From Chiloscyllium plagiosum (Eukaryota), in NCBI RefSeq assembly GCF_004010195.1, contig NC_057720.1:7801117-7865116 (forward strand): a stretch of DNA of 64,000 bases, in the 5' to 3' direction. The first letter of the stretch is position 1. Each line of letters opens with the position of its first letter. The notes below the pieces were generated by a model. It was not told where the DNA came from and made no database searches. It saw nothing but the letters and a program-made list of their open reading frames with translations. Made by a program: the position numbers and the translations under genes. Below are positions 62,421 through 64,000 of the stretch, piece by piece.

Positions 62421-63114
62421 TAAACCCAGTGAAGTCAGCTTTCATAGAGCATCGTGAGCCTAACAGGATTTGAACAAGCAACCTTCTGATCTGGAGTCAG
62501 ATGTGCTATTGTTGCACCACAAGCCCACCCCCTTGATGAACTGAATGACCTGTTTCCAAGTTGTTGGGATTCTTTGATAAGCAGAATCATGTGAGAGGTC
62601 TAGGGAGGCTGATCTCAACATCAGGGACAACTCAACACATTTTTTAACTCAGCACCAGACATCGAAATGGAATTCTCACTAGGCAACAGCAAGTTATTCC
62701 TTGTTGATGACCTGATTAATTGAGGATTGCACCTGTTTAATATGCAACTTCCTATCCTCCTACTAGCCGTGAGCAAATTGGACACTGAGAATTCTCAACA
62801 TGGAAACCAGTGCTGGTTACCGACAGTGCCAGCTTTCTGCTTGCTCCAGAGAATCTCCACATTGGACACTAGGCATAAAGGTCTCAGGATACTGTCCATG
62901 AGCATATAACACAAGCTCATATCCCTTATTCATGGACATTGGCAACCAATATGTGCCAGCCTCTAAGAATGCTCCTGGCACATCTCTACAGGTTCAGGAT
63001 GGTTCTCCATTTTGCTTCCAGAGCTGCACTAGCTACCATCATCAGTAACGTGGCTGCAAGGACTCTTTGTCCTCAGGGACATGCACCCAGCTCATGGGCC
63101 ACAGTCTTAAACTT

Positions 63115-64000
63115 CGGGCATATAGTCCAGTGGCCAGAACTGCATACAACACTCTAAATGTGGCCTAACTAAAGCTTTATACAGCTGCAACATAACTTGC
63201 CAATTGTTATACCCACTGCCCGACCAGTGAAGGCAAGCATGCCATATGTCTTCTTTACCACTGTATCCACTTGTGTTGCCATTTTCAGGTAGCTATGGAC
63301 TTGCACCCATAGAACCCTCCATATATCAATGATCCTAATCGTCTTGACATTAACTGTGTACTTTCCTCTTGCATTTGCCCTCCCAACATGCATCATCTTA
63401 CACATTTTTGGTTTAAACTCCATCTGCCATTTCTCTGGCCAACTTTCCAACTGATCCATATCCTGGCGCATCCTTTGACGACCTTCTTTACTATCCACAA
63501 CTCCAACAATTTTCACGTCATCTGCAAAGTTATTAATCAGACCACTGACATTTTCATCCAAATCATTTATATAAATTACAAACAACACAAGCCTCTGTAT
63601 TGCTCCTTGTGGTACACCACTGTACACAGATCCCAATGAGAACAATACCCCTCCACAATGACCATCTGTCTGCTATGATCAAGCCAATTTTGTGTCCAAC
63701 TTACCAACTCACCCTGGATCCCATGTGACTTAATCTTCTGGACCAGCCTACCATGAGGGACCTTGTCAAATGCTTGAGTAAAATCCATATAGACAACATC
63801 CACAGCTCTACCCTCATCAACTATCTTTGTCATGTCCTCAAAAAGCTCAATCAAATTTATAAAGCCATGCTGAATATCTCTAATAAGTCAATCATTTTCC
63901 AAATGCGAATAAATCTTGACCATAAAGATTTTCTCCCAAAATTTCCCTACCACTGACATAAGGGTCACCAGCCTCTAATTTCCTGGATTATCCTTGTTGC
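63115..64000 (-). mobile_element. CR1 ORF2 reverse transcriptase fragment, continues beyond window
   Basis: VDVVYMDFTQAFDKVPHGRL; SGVPQG; YINDLD..NFADD; WQMEF; frameshifted. Confidence 0.92.

Overview
Eukaryotic, repeat-dominated, apparently intronic or intergenic DNA. The repeat set (HE1-type tRNA-derived SINEs with CR1/HER1-type LINE partners) points to a shark or other elasmobranch genome; this is an inference. I found no intact protein-coding gene, and almost all track ORFs are by-products of repeats. The window holds many SINE copies of three families, many 5'-truncated CR1 3' ends, L2 and Rex1/Babar-like LINE fragments, Penelope-like element (PLE) fragments with GIY-YIG remnants, a decayed Gypsy gag-pol, short LTR-like repeats and two small TIR elements. 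The most notable signal is more than 25 short PLE-tail insertions in three distinct families. Each family carries a minimal hammerhead ribozyme motif (CTGANGA-A-helix II-GAAA-palindromic 4-mer) with a different but complementary helix II. Many copies start right at the ribozyme core, several have 10-16 bp target-site duplications (TSDs), and several form head-to-head hairpins. There is also a ~435-bp duplication flanking a SINE fragment, a 331-bp microhomology tandem duplication, and a candidate minus-strand 5' exon near 11.5-11.7 kb. Repeat boundaries were read by eye and are approximate unless a TSD is quoted.
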